Shown here piece after piece: positions 39,801 to 52,470 of a DNA stretch of 64,000 nt. The stretch spans positions 141,631-205,630 of the forward strand of contig NIVC01002088.1 in NCBI GenBank assembly GCA_002269645.1, written 5' to 3'. How positions within the stretch are numbered: position 1 is the first letter of the stretch; each line of letters starts with the position of its first letter. Source of the stretch: Macrostomum lignano (taxonomy: Eukaryota). Both the position numbers and the translations under genes were made by a program. Below the pieces are notes generated by a model that had not been told where the DNA came from, searched no databases, and was given only the letters and a program-made list of their open reading frames with translations.

Positions 39801-42636
39801 ATATGACAATCATGACTATGCTCATGATGCCGCGGACTACCCAGTTCTGCCAGCGGGGCGGCAGAGGAGCCAACAGGCGCTGCAAGATGCCCGGTGACTG
39901 GTCGGTGCCTTGCCCGATGGACTGCGCCACGGCCGGGTCCACGGGGGCTGCTGCCGGCTCATCGTCGGCAGAGTCAGCAGAGGCCACCTTTGGGTGGAAT
40001 TTGAGCAATTTTAGAAGATTAAAAATAGAAAATAGAGGTCTGTTGAGATCTTGTTTTGGTTCAAAATCTTGAACCTGTCTAAATTAAAATGCCCCCTTTA
40101 CATGCAAGTCTAGCCATGGTAAAAGAGGGGGGCAGCTGCCCCCATCCCTTGGATCCACCACTGGCATCATAAGTTTTATAAGTTAAACATAAATAATAGA
40201 TGAGTATCAATTCTATAATTATTAGGATTCTTAGATTTCAGCTGGCATCCTAGTTTTCAGTTTGCACCCTAAGTTTGCATCAAATAGCAGAGATTCTGAC
40301 ACTTAAAGCCAGTCTATAAATATAGGGTATATCTTTCCTACACAAATTTTTTATATTGATACATCAATTTCCCTTTGTTATGGAAAAATTCTTGACTTTG
40401 AAATTTCTAATTCAATTTCATATCTGGCCTACTGCAATGTGGTTAGATACATAGCCAATGACAAAAATATTAAAATGTTGCAATTGAAAAAATTAATAAA
40501 ACAAAAACAAACTAGCAAATAATAGATTAATGAACTCTTAACTATTAAAATAGTTTATAAAAAATCTATGCTATGAAGGTCAAAACTATAATTAAAACAC
40601 TGAAGAAAAATAAATTAAGCTGAAACTGATTTAACTAAAAGGTAAAGATTTTTATAACCTTTATTATTTAAATAAAATTATATACTAGTGCCTATCATAA
40701 CTGCCTTCATAAAATCTATAATAGTTCATTTTATTTCTACATCATAGTGACAATGCTTTACATGCAAAAATTGATAAAACTTTAGTCAAATTAAATTAGC
40801 ACAAAAAACTAGGAAACACTACTCTATTTTGTTTAACTAAGCAAATTATTATTGGTAATTATTATTGTTATAAATGTAGCCCCTCCAGACCCTATATAGG
40901 AGCTGATTTTCAGACAAATAAAGCAACTTGCTCTTAGCTTGTTTGTTCACTAAACTCAGTAATATTCTTAGACTTGTTCTTGTATAAAACTTTGAATTCT
41001 TACCGAGTTAGTTATTTTTTAGTTATCTTTTGTTAGTTATCTTTTGTAAAACTAAAGAGTTGAAGTGCTCAGAGACTTACTAAGAGAAAGGATTGGGGAA
41101 ATATACAAATGGAATTTGTAGAAACATACTAAGAAAGAAGAGCCGTGACCCTCTGATCAAGGTGACACCCTAGAGACTAGAAGAATAGTAGACTGCTCAG
41201 GCCATACATACATTAGACACTACCAGACTAATACACTAGACACTAATAGACTAATACATTAAAAGCTACCAGACTAACACATTAGATGCTACCAGATTAA
41301 TACATCAAATGCTACCAGAAACATCTTAAATGGGATTCTAAGAAACAGTTTGGAAACTAATACAAACCAAGCATAACCCTATTGTCAGCAGTAGGAATTT
41401 AATAGAGAGACCAGGATGGAATTCTTGCACAAAAATTGCAACGTGTTTTTGCATTCAGGAAAAGAATTGCACACCTGTACAGGCTGCATAAAATGCAAGA
41501 AAAAATTGCAAATTATTTTGCAACTGTTTGCACAGTTTAAATTACTGACTGACTCTACTATATTAAATGTAGAATTACTACAAAACATAATATTTTATAG
41601 TTTGTTATTTACAAACTATTCAAATTTAAAATTTTCTACTTAAAAAAACAAAGATAATTAGTCTACTATTTATTGTAACAAGTCGTCTAAAAATGAGAGC
41701 ATAAGACTATTTTGTTTAGGATTGTAAAAAATTGTGTTTGGTTCAATATGGAACTGCATGCCAAAAAAAGTCGCAATTTTCTGTTTTTTATGCCAGATGC
41801 AAGAATTCCATGCTAGTAGAGAGACAACTTTGGTGGCATAGTTGGAGGACAGAAGTAGCCTTGCAACAACTTGGTCGCAGCAGTGGGGTTTATAAAGAGA
41901 GCCAAAATGCCTGTTACAACTTGGTGGCTTAACAGTGGGATTGAAATGTATAGAGTAAGAAGAAATACCCCTGTGACAATTATTTGATATATCATTAAGG
42001 CCTAAGCTTGTTTTTTATGCTCTAAGTGTGCATCTGCACTCTAAATTTTAAAATTTTACCCTAAAATTAAAAATTAGGTGCAGTTTAAGTGTGGTCTCAT
42101 AAACTATTTTTCCATTGAAGCCTCATCTGCATTGCCTTAAAATAAGAAAAGAGAAATTGCACTTTGAGCCTTAAAATTGCACAATGTAAGTGAGCATAGG
42201 GTGTGATTTTGCACCATGTCTCTGGCAAAAAAGAAAACCCTGATTGAGGCATAGTCTTATTAGTTAAAAAAAGCATTATTACATAAGATTAAAATTTATA
42301 GCACAGTGTAATTAAAATTTTAATTAATAAATAAGTCACAAGTTATAATAAAGGGCTAAAGGAAATAACCTTAATACTTACAAATTCAAATTACTATAAT
42401 AGGTCATGAAAATTCAAAATCTGAATAGAATTCTTATACAAGCCCAATCAAGCTAATGTTACAATTACATGTGACTATGACGTCTATGGAGCATTTTGCC
42501 ATTCATTAAAAATCAAATAACTCTTTCAAAATACCTTTCTTCGACGAACTTCATCAGATTCCAATCCTTGACCAACTTTCATTTCTTCTTTTTTCTTATC
42601 CTCTACACCTGATTCATCATTCAAGCTGTCTGCCAT
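27875..42636 (-). CDS. CDS: Phosphatidate cytidylyltransferase (CDP-diacylglycerol synthase). Exons 42535-42636 (candidate first), 39757-39987, 39485-39661, 38289-38408, 38125-38207, 36912-37209, 32201-32433, 27875-28004
   Basis: [104 protein letters not shown]. All junctions are phase-consistent. Confidence 0.95.
28051..32063. repeat. 40-bp satellite (CCACTGCCCATTATTCAGTTCTATGGGCTAGACTAGCAAT), about 100 copies, in the last intron of the CDS gene
   Basis: Strict 40-bp period with a few recurrent variants and no spacers. Confidence 0.98.
34510..34680 (+). mobile_element. tRNA-derived SINE, family B, copy 1
   Basis: GCAGAGCAGCTCAG.. A-box region and GGTTCGATTCC B-box, then GAAAACT.GCC, GATTCACACC and GGCACAGAGGGTGT, all shared with 50963-51150. 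Confidence 0.7.
34645..35447. repeat. About 53-bp minisatellite (CACCAAGGCACAGAGGGTGTGTACATGCCTGACACAAGGACTACTCACCC + variable C tract), about 15 copies
   Basis: Read directly; the unit equals the 3' segment of the adjacent SINE. Confidence 0.95.
36462..36887. repeat. 23-bp minisatellite (GAGAATCACTCAGTCTGATGCAT), about 18 copies
   Basis: Read directly from the sequence. Confidence 0.95.
37283..38068. repeat. 27-bp minisatellite (AAATCTCACATGAGATCAGCTCAATCG) with a 3-unit higher-order pattern in its right half
   Basis: Read directly; the CCCATAG variant recurs every third unit. Confidence 0.95.
38507..39350. repeat. 20-bp minisatellite (CAGTCTACTCTGAAGACACC), about 42 copies
   Basis: Read directly from the sequence. 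Confidence 0.97.
41205..41322. repeat. Degenerate ~21-bp tandem repeat (..CTACCAGACTAATACATTAGA..)
   Basis: About 5 imperfect units. Confidence 0.6.
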
Positions 42637-45432
42637 TTTAAAGGTATTTACTCTACTATTTTAAACTCAGTAGTAGAACTAATATTAATAAACCCAGCCA
42701 ACTTTAGTTCTAAAAAATCCTGTAATTGTTTAGCTTTGTAATTTAATTTTTGTTTTGCTTCGACACAAAGGCTTATGTATGAAACTGATAGACAAATGCG
42801 GTAATGCTCTTTAGAGTATTTAAGGGTTCAGTTTAGATTTTATGCAGACCTTCCGTGCAAATTGCATATGTGACCTAAGTAATTAACTGCCCAAACCAAG
42901 CACTTTCTATGAAAAGTTGAGATTGAACTTGCGCCTAAACTAAACTAAATATCGTTATTGAACTAAACATCGTAAATGTTACCGTGGCATCCTAAAATGC
43001 ACACCTTTGGTTTTAGGCTGTTGGTACTAAATTACTAATATAATAATAATTACAGAAAGATTTTGACCACCCCGACAAAACAAACCACTTCGGCGATATC
43101 GTTCGAACTCCAACAATAAGGCAATTTCTGCCGTCTCTTGACGTTGAGTTGCTCTGCCCTCCAAATCTGTTAGTTAAGATCCACAAGGGTTAAAACGCAG
43201 TTGAATTGAAACTCGATACACTGTAATCGGTACTCGATAGATAGACACAGACAGACCATTTTTAGTATATGGACGTACATGTAACAAGTATCAGCCAGTG
43301 CATGAAATTTCCCTAGCTAGAAGGCGATCTCTGATAATTCTAATTCCAATACATGTAATTAAGAATTCATCATTCAAGATCTTCTTGAGCATCGAAGACT
43401 AGCTAACTTCGCAAAAAGCTTGAATTGGTACCACTGGTTTGAACATTGATATCTTTTAAGAAACACCACAATAAATCTTGCAGAGTCATGCTCATGAACT
43501 GCACCCGTAAAACAGATCCTCTTCATATATGGATATGACTTACTTGCACTCAAAACCAATAGCAGCAGCTGAAAGTTTTTCGAAATGCTTATAAGGGCTT
43601 AACGTGCGAAAAATTAATGAAAATATCGTAAAAATTTATTAGAGGCAGACTAGTATAAAAGCATCGTTAAATTAATTATTGGTAGACATGTATTTTAAGC
43701 TTGTTTACTTTGTATTTTAGAAATGTATGATTTGTACTCGCGTAGAATTAAAGTCCGGCACCCACTAGGTCTCGAGGACTCAACACAGTAATTTCCGATA
43801 TGATGGAAGCCTGGAAACGACGAAGCACGCCCCTGACGTGCCGCTTGTGTAACTCGATCATCGACACATACAGCGCGCGCCTCCTCGAAGACTGATCTCT
43901 CGATACTCGGATCATGGGTCGGAAGCCCCGTCCGCATCTTGACCCTTACAACAAAAAACAACAATTTGAATAACGCTCCTGGCGGTCCTGGATTTTCATT
44001 GGGCGAGGGGGGCAGCGACAAGACAGGTTTTTCATGTACAACACTCGGGAGTCAATGTCATCATTGTTCTTCCAAGCTGTACGCTTATTACGCTCATTAT
44101 TCAATGTCGTTGTACGCTCATTTTTCAACGCTTCGAAACCATTTCAAAATCTGCCGAGTTGCGAAGTCATTGAGAACCTATTTTAGCAGCAAATTGGCAC
44201 CGCAGGCGAAGTTTTACTTTTAAAACATACTTTATAGTTTAAAAAATTAGATTAAAGACTTTATAGTTGGGTTCATGACCCCATGGCCATCCAAGAACAA
44301 GATCCCAGGCATGGCCACGAGGAGATGATGAAGCAATGTAGCTGAATAACTGCTTCTAGGCAATGTATAGCTTCATCCATTGTATCTACATGTACGTAGT
44401 AAGCTAGCAGTGCATCGCTTGAAGTTCATGAACATTTGGTTTATGTAAATATAAAAGTCTTAGTTCATTCATGTATGTTACCCTGGACTGGGATTGACAA
44501 CAGATCAATAGCGCTTATGAAAATGCTTTTCGTATCGATATTGATGTGACTGTGGTCTAAAAGTACAGTTCTTGGGGTATGACGCGGTACATATGCAAGT
44601 ACGTATCTCTTCTAAAAATTCATTTACACGATGGACAAATGTATTGTAGCAGAAATATTTTACATTATTCTAAATGTGGTTACAAGCTGTTCAAGAACAA
44701 ATCAATTAAAGTCTAATGCAAGATGGAAAGCCATATTCGTGCACCTGGCATGAATATCTGCATAAATTAGGTAAAATAGCTAATAAAGTTTGCCTAGATC
44801 GAAGCAGATAAAATTACTAGTTTATGATTGCCCATCCCTCTGTATTGCATAAACAAGCTCTACTCCCTAAATTAACCTTCGTACAACAAAAAGCGTCTCT
44901 TGTTTGAGAATCGGTGCGCAAAATGACGCTTGACAGTTGAGCCCAGGTAGAGTCTAACGGTGGAGCTTCCTGTAGGCTCATTGTTTGGGCAGTTGCGGGT
45001 CGCGCAGCATGAGCTGATGGGCTCATAAGTATTAAGCTCTACTCAATGTATTGTTGGCTAATCCATCTCTCCCAATTCGCCCCATGCACTCAGTGAGCAT
45101 AATTCAACTTATGCTTTGGCTGCCAACCAACCCCATCATTGCTTTTTTCCCACAGTCCCTCGCCGTCCCTTTTCTGTCTCTATGGCAACAGCAATGGGGA
45201 AAAGCGTGGAACTGTACGACACGGAGAGAAGTGAGAGGAGAAAAGTGGGTGGGTGTTTCCACGTGTGTTCATAAATCGGACATAAAGATGTGAGCGCGGT
45301 TTTTAACTCAGTACCCATTCACAAAATATTGCAATAACTTTTACGTTTGATTATCCACAAAGTTCCAAAGCTATTTTAAAGAATTGCAAGATAGTTGAGG
45401 ATCCATTTCTTAGGACCAATCGTCAGTGGGCT

Positions 45433-48400
45433 ATGCCGACAGAGGAGCCCGGCGACATCCGACAGGATGCTGAAAGAAGCGACCGTGCTGTCATCTTAAA
45501 TTCCGAGCCTAGCAGAGCTGAAAACAATTTGGAAGGTGCTATCGAAAATGACTCAGCTAGTAACGACGACGTAAAGCTGGATGCGGTTGCTTCGGAGTCT
45601 GATGATAATGAGAACAGGGCGAAGCCTCAAGGTGAAGTTGGATATGAGTCAATTACTGAAGACAATTCAAAGGCAGCTGCATCTGAGTCGATTAGTGAAG
45701 ACAACTCGAAGCCACAAGGCGGAAGTGCATCTGAGTCGGTTAGTGAAGACAACTCGAAGCCACAAGGCGGAAGTGCATCTGAGTCGGTTAGTGAAGACAA
45801 CTCGAAGCCACAAGACGCAGGTGCATCTGAGTCGGTTAGTGAAGACAACTCGAAGCCACAAGGCGGAAGTGCATCTGAGTCGGTTAGTGAAGACAACTCG
45901 AAGCCACAAGACGCAGGTGCATCTGAGTCGGTTAGTGAAGACAACTCGAAGCCACAAGACAGAGGTGCATTTGAGTCGGTTAGTGAAGACAACTCGAAGC
46001 CACAAGACGGAGGTGCATTTGAGTCGGTTAGTGAAGACAACTCGAAGCCACAAGACAGAGGTGCATTTGAGTCGGTTAGTGAAGACAACTCGAAGCCACA
46101 AGACGGAGGTGCATCTGAGTCGGTTAGTGAAGACAACTCGAAGCCACAAGACGGAGGTGCATCTGAGTCGGTTAGTGAAGACAACACGAATCAAAAAGGC
46201 GGAACTGTGTGGACCAGTGAGGGTAAGAAGAAGTCACAAGATGGATTTGGCAGCACGAATCATGAAAATGCAGTCGGTACGGAGTCGACAGTTAAAAGTG
46301 ACGACTCAAAGCCAGACCCTGAAACAGAGAGGGAAAACAAATTTGCCGACAATACGAAACCAGCAGGCTCAGAGATGGTGCCACAATCTAAAGAAACAAA
46401 TCAAGATAACTCCCAAATCGAACAGGGTGGAAGCAAAGCTTCAGAAGGCCTAAACTCGGAGAAGAGACAAGCAGAATCGAGCAACCACCGGGAAGATGGC
46501 GCTTCAAAAAATTCTGAGCAAACCTTGGAATTCGATGCTCCAATTAAACAAGAAGAAACGTCAAGCAAAGACGATGCTGAAGAAGGCTTACATTGGGAGG
46601 ATGGACGAGAAGAGAACACGGATGCTGGGCTAAACGGTGCACTCGATCAGAATAAGCTAATAGACGACCTTTCAAAAAATAAGGGCACTTCAAATGACGA
46701 GGTTAACTCGATTAAGTCAGACAAGCAACCGCATCAAACCGAAGAAAAATCGCCGCGAAAAGACAATACAGTCAAAAATCACGACAGTCAAGACAATGCA
46801 ACCGTGCAATCGCGTGAAGACACTGAAAAAGCAGCAGACAGAGATAAATCAGAGGAAGACAAAGCTAGTGAGAATGATAGTGAATCGGAGCTGCGCATTA
46901 TACCAAACGTGAGTCTGGGCTCGCTACGAAGCACCTCGAGGCCTGTAAGCGCTGCCGCAAGCGCCAAGTCGACAGGAAGAACCTCCAAAGTGGACCATTC
47001 TTCTACATCTGGAACTAAAACGCACATGGAGACAGGTCAGGTCAATGAGACGCCAGCCACCGTAAACTCGCAGCAACCGCGATCCTCTAACAAGGATCAA
47101 GTCCAACATACCAGCCAGGCCCCGAGACCAGCAGAAAAACGAACGCAGTCTTCTGCGGTAATTGGAGGACCAGCACACTCGCCCGATCGATCTGACGGTT
47201 GCAGCACTCGACACAAGGGAAGCGACAAAGCCAACGCAAAGGAGCAGAAACGGGAAAGAAAGAAAAATGAAACTCGAGGTGACGAAATGAAGAAGAGAAG
47301 AAGCGATAACTACCGTCAGCGTGGAGCAGAGGCTTCTACAATAGGCAAGGGAAATAGGCATCAGAGAGAGGGCCGTCACAATCGGCCTGAACAAACCCGG
47401 AAACGAAGGCGAGGCTCGCCACCCTCGGCCGATACACAGCTGCGCCGGGAGATCCTCCGGCCGCACCGGAATCGCTACTCTTCGGACAGCTCAACCGAGG
47501 ATGATGAAGCCACGAGATCAGACAAAAAGCAAGGAAAGCTGCCGCGGCGCCGAAGGGGTAGAAGGCGCTCGGTAGACAATAGCGCTTCTTCCTCTTCACG
47601 GGAGAGGTCGGCTTCGTCATCCTACGGCGATTCCGACCTCGCCGATGAGCAAGGTCGCCTTCGCCACCGAGGTCGCCGCGGCGTTCGACGCAAAGAGTCG
47701 GACGATGAGGAGCGGCAGCAAAGACATCGATATCGACGACGCGAAGACGATGTATCCAGCCTGCTGAGGATCGACTACATTTATGAGGCAGACCAGAGAC
47801 AGTGGGAGCCGCCCGCGCCGGCTTCGATAAGCAGCCCGCCTGTCGAAGTCGAGAAAAGTGATAGTGAGTATAAGGCACAGAGTTTCTGGGTTTTAACTTT
47901 GCTGAAATTTTCTAGTAAAGGCAAGGATCCTGGGATTGGATTCGGACGGTTTGAAGGCACACACGGAGTGTTTTATTTGTACGAAAATTAATAAAAATTT
48001 GCTGGAATTTTCGTGTTTAATAATCAGTGTTGGGCACCGTTAATGAAAATATTAACTTCCGTTAATAGCAAAAGCGTTAGCGTTAAAACAAAACAATCTT
48101 AACTTTTTAACTCCTAAATTTCGTTAAGTTAACTGAAAGTTAACTGATAATCGTTAATAAGCGTTAATCCGTTAAAGTTAACACGGAAAATACGGAAATC
48201 TTGCACGTTTTTTTTCCAAAAACAGACTTCGTAATGCACGTCTTTGCTATTCCATCTTTTTAGCGAAACACAGAGGTCATCTAAGCGATTTGAAAGCTAA
48301 AAAAGTAATAAATAATCATTTTAAAAACTTGCATGCATAATACTACTAAAAGTAAAGCATATGGTAAAAAAGTAACTTATTTTATTTGAAACTTAAAAGC

Positions 48401-51400
48401 TAATAACGAGAAATTCATAATTAAATACGCATAGGAAGGTTGTTTCAGTACCATTAGCAGGCGCAGCAGAAAGTTGCGAAAGATTGGGACAGAAGTGAAT
48501 CAAAGCGATCGATGCTCACGCGCAAGAAATAAAGTTTCACACTATTTTAATTCATTATTTTAAAGTTTATTTGTAAGAAGTTGTTAATTACATGTACGTC
48601 TGTATGATCATCGTCATAAATAAAGAGATTATATTTAGGCATATAGGTAAGCTCAAATACGTTCGTAATGTTTAAACTTCTTGTAAGACTTCTATTTTTC
48701 GTTCCTTCTTTGCGTCTTTGGTCATTAACATAGACACTACCGTTAACGATAAATTTATCGTTAATTTACAAAATTTTTAACGCAAATTCGTTAATCCGTT
48801 AGTTCAAAAAAATCTTAACGACAGACCGTTAACGTTAATGAAAAATCTTAACGCTTATTAACGCTTATTAACGGATTAACGCTTATTAACGGACTGGTGC
48901 CCAACACTGTTAATAATCGATCTTAACCTAGCGCAATGGAATGACAACTGTGTAGGAATGCATCACTATGATTTAACTGGTTCAACCCTAACAAAGGGGT
49001 TTCTGATGGGTGTTGGAGAAACCCTATACTATTGAGGTGCTCATTCAATCATTCATTTGGTCTTAAGCTTGAATTCATAGCGACGCATTCAGTTCAATTA
49101 GAGCACCCAACCCTACAGTAGTGTATAGATTTGCAGGGCCTCTATGCGGCTTCAGGCATAGTCAGTTTTCATACTTTACTGTTTTCAAACAAGCAACTGC
49201 AACTAACCGGAGAGTTGATTCTCTTTCTACGACCAGAGGCCGCGAGTATCCCAGCTCAAACTACGAGCGTAGATCCCGAAGAGGCCGCGTGGCACTCGCG
49301 TCCAATTGACTAGGCCGAGAGCCTGCGAATGGAAAAGGTCGCATGCACGCTTGGGCCAGGCATGCAGTGTCTTCTCGCTTCCTGGGTTGCCATGACGACC
49401 CCGCATTGAAAGGCATTGAAAGGCATCGAAGCCAAAGTTTCCCAGCCGTAGCTCAATAAGAAAAAAAGGCGCACACTTTCTCTTCTCGGGTCAAAATCCG
49501 GCTCACGCACTGGCTTCCTACCTGACTAGATTTAAAGTGCAAATCAATATAGCGAGCCAACTCTCTCAGCTGCCTAGAGACAATATGAACACAAATTCTC
49601 AATTTTAGCCCCTGCCGACGATCCGAGCTCAAAGTCGGACTTCAAGGTGAAGGACCTGCAGACGGAGCAGCTGAAGGAGCAGCTGCACAAGCTGCAGCGA
49701 GAGTTGAGCAAGTTTGGCCACAAAATCGAGGGACTTCGGCCCAGAGAGTGAGGCGAACTTAACAATAAGCATCTTCTTTCAGATTTTGAGCAGTTGGAAA
49801 AATATGGCCCAATAATTGATTGCAGACGGCTTCACAAGCCGGCAACCTTCAACGATCTCAGTCCCTACCGAGAGACTCAGACGGCCATGCGAACTTTGAC
49901 CACGGTGAGCGCTCCGCTCCGCTGTGGCAGTGACTGTGGCAGATATGCTATGCTCAGTAGCATATTAGATAGCCTACTAGGCATGCCTACCACTCTGTGA
50001 GAGTCCAGAAAATTTCCCGCCTCACTTGGTGCTACGTGCAGATCTGTCATTATGCTAGCATATTTGCAGTTCAGTTCTGTGTATTTCAAAACAGCTTGAC
50101 CGTATATTCGAATTAAAAGAATTATTAAATGATCAGTTATAACAGAGATTAAATTTAAACAAATGAAATAAAAATTGTAAGGGCAACGAAAAACAGACAG
50201 AGGGAGGGCCTAGGATATACTATATAAAAGCCATCTGTTTGAAATGAACGAACGCTTTGTACATAAGACTGTTCAAACATCTATTAATTTTTCTACGGTT
50301 TAAACGAAAGCTTTAACCACCCGATAAAGCTTTTTTACTTTAAACAGCAGCTTTAAAATACTTAAACTGCTACTAATAGTCGAACTGTTGAGTAGCATAG
50401 TCAGGACATTTTTAACCGTTGCAAATCGGTGAATCACCCGCAGTCGAGCCGACCCCGGCTGCCGTGCGGCTACGCCAGCAGGCTCACTACCAATCGAGTC
50501 TGCGACGCAGTCGAGAACCACCGAATGGACGTCGCTCCGCCGCCGCCGCTGCCGACTCAGGTAGATACGACCTCGCCGATGTCGCCTACGTCGACTGCGG
50601 TGAGTAGGCAGCGGCGTCGTCGCCAATTGGGCCCACTGAGCACCCAGCGATCATCGGCGCTGTCCACCGACCGGTCGACAGCCAGCGGCGAGCGGCTGAG
50701 CAGCCATCAGGCCCGCTTTCCCAGAATTGTGTTCAACTACGACCGAAGTCTGCTGACAGATCTCAGCAGCGAGGACGTCACCATGATTCGGTGAGGGCGG
50801 TTTTTATGCGCATAACGTTTCCCGGGAAGAACTTCTCATGGTCAGTAGGGACGGTTTCGCTTGGCATCGCAGTCAGTCTCAACTCTGAACTGTCTCTCAG
50901 GGGCAACTCAGGGGCCAAGGGCTACTTTGATTTCGTGTCTAGCCTGTACTTCAGTACTCAAGGGGCAGAGCAGCTCAGTGGCAAACGCATCCGACTCTGG
51001 CTCTACGAACCCCGGTTCGATTCCGTGCGTGGCCACTTTCAATTGCGGCTTGTGTGTGCAGGAAAACTGGCCTAGGGGGCTGCTGTGCGATTCACACCAT
51101 GAGGGCCAACCCCCATGGCACAGAGGGTGTACAAGCCAGGGCCGCCGTACACCCTGAGTGAGCGTGCATGAGTGCGTGCTGCGTACAGTGTTGGCCGGCT
51201 TGCATGTGCTCGGGAGTCAGTGGAATGGGCAGGATTGCCGTCAGCGCTGGTTGTGGGACCATGTCGCTGAAGGTGCAGATAGTCAAGGTGCTGAAAGCTA
51301 GCCCTCCTGCAACAATTGTATATCACTTATAGTTTGGTCTTCTTAAGTAGTCCTTGCTAAATACGAGCCCCATTTGACGGGAAACTTGCGGTTAATGCAG

Positions 51401-51574
51401 AAAAATCTCGAAGGTCATATTTTAGGCTCGCTTTAAAGCCAGTTTTCGAAGATTTTCGAAGAAACGATGCTTCGATTTCTTCAACCAAACTGACGCTGCC
51501 AACCCCGCAGCCGGGAGGTCGGGCAGAACAGGCTGCACTCCACCAGCCAGCGCGTCGAGGAGGACTACATGCAA
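45433..51574 (+). CDS. Unknown low-complexity protein. Large first exon 45433-47863 (acidic 16-aa repeats, then an Arg/Ser-rich region), then exons approx. 49609-49747, 49783-49904, 50444-50790 and 51511-51574, where the Polinton begins
   Basis: An 852-codon ORF with a GTGAGT donor at 47864. Downstream GC-rich exons are phase-consistent except the 49747/49783 junction, which needs a 1-nt correction. No family recognised. Confidence 0.6.
45685..46190 (+). repeat. Coding 48-bp repeat (SEDNSKPQ[GD][GAR][SG]A[SF]ESV), about 10-11 copies
   Basis: Visible in both the DNA and the 852-aa translation. Confidence 0.95.
48025..48909. mobile_element. Non-autonomous hAT-type element (885 bp), intronic
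   Basis: TIRs CAGTGTTGGGCACC / GGTGCCCAACACTG, 8-bp TSD TTAATAAT (48017-48024 and 48910-48917), and many CGTTAA/TTAACG subterminal repeats in opposite orientation at the two ends. Confidence 0.9.
50963..51150 (+). mobile_element. tRNA-derived SINE, family B, copy 2 (intronic; may extend to about 51330)
   Basis: GCAGAGCAGCTCAGTGGCAAA A-box and GGTTCGATTCC B-box; body similar to 34510-34680. Confidence 0.7.
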
Positions 51575-52061
51575 GTAGTATAGAAAAAGACGCTTCTAGA
51601 CCCAGAGCACTTTTTTAATGACCGTTTTAAGGGTCTAGAGGGGGACACGGGGGGTAAATAAAAAAACACATCTAAACACCCTTAACACATCTAATCACCC
51701 ATAATCACCCCTGACAATAAAAATCACTTCCCAACACTTCCAAACACTCCCCAACACCCCCCTCGCGTCCCCCCTCTTAAGACCTTACAAACGGCCATTA
51801 AAATAAGGTCTGATCTAGAAGCGTCTTTTTCTATACTACTACTCTATAACCCCTTGCCCGCGCCGCAGGCGCGAAGGGTTGGAAAGAATAGAAGCTATTT
51901 ATAGTCAGCTCACCTACCCACCCAACATTCCATTTAGACCAGATTTTAGACCAAACAAAACTAGACTATCGTTTTGGTTTTCGTTTTCAAAAATTTGGTC
52001 TAAAATCTGGTCTAAATGGAATGCAGACAATCTTTTTCTGTTACTAAAAATAGAACAAAAA

Positions 52062-52460
52062 ATGACACACGTTACTCATTTGCAAAATCTGAATGAAATG
52101 CAGGTAGGAGACCCAGTTGAATACCGAGGTGAGGGGCTTTTTGATGTGGTTGGAACAGCAGCAAATTTTGTTAAAGACAATATGGGGCTTATAGGGCAAG
52201 CTGGCTCTGCAGCAGGCTCTATAACAAATGCTGTAAAAGGAGGAATTGAAGCAGCTAGAGCGGCAGAAGAACTAAAGAAATTGAGAGATTTTAACGACAC
52301 CCTCTCACAAATAAATGCAATAAAAGATTTAAAGCTGGCACAAGCCGCACAACCAACAGAAACCCCCACGAAAAGCGCACCAATAAGTAATAAAGATATT
52401 CAGGATTTTAATAAAATGTTAAATACTATTAAAGGTGGAAAAGGATTAAAGAAATTTTAA
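52062..52460 (+). CDS. Small Gly/Ala-rich Polinton protein (probable virion core or membrane-active precursor)
   Basis: ATG at 52062 in good context; GEGLF and GGKGL motifs similar to those in the neighbouring pX-like protein. Confidence 0.7.
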   Translation: MTHVTHLQNLNEMQVGDPVEYRGEGLFDVVGTAANFVKDNMGLIGQAGSAAGSITNAVKGGIEAARAAEELKKLRDFNDTLSQINAIKDLKLAQAAQPTETPTKSAPISNKDIQDFNKMLNTIKGGKGLKKF

Positions 52461-52470
52461 CAATATAAAA

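Noticed and set aside
40095-40165. MITE end GGATCCACCACTG
   Set aside because: Only one terminus is visible; no partner TIR or TSD.
43695-44223. ORFs upstream of the CDS gene
   Set aside because: Three overlapping short ORFs with no homology cues; more likely promoter or repeat DNA.
51879-52061. N-terminal extension of ORF 51879..52460
   Set aside because: It starts at a non-ATG codon and crosses the 30-bp palindrome; the ATG at 52062 has the AAAA context shared by the other viral genes.
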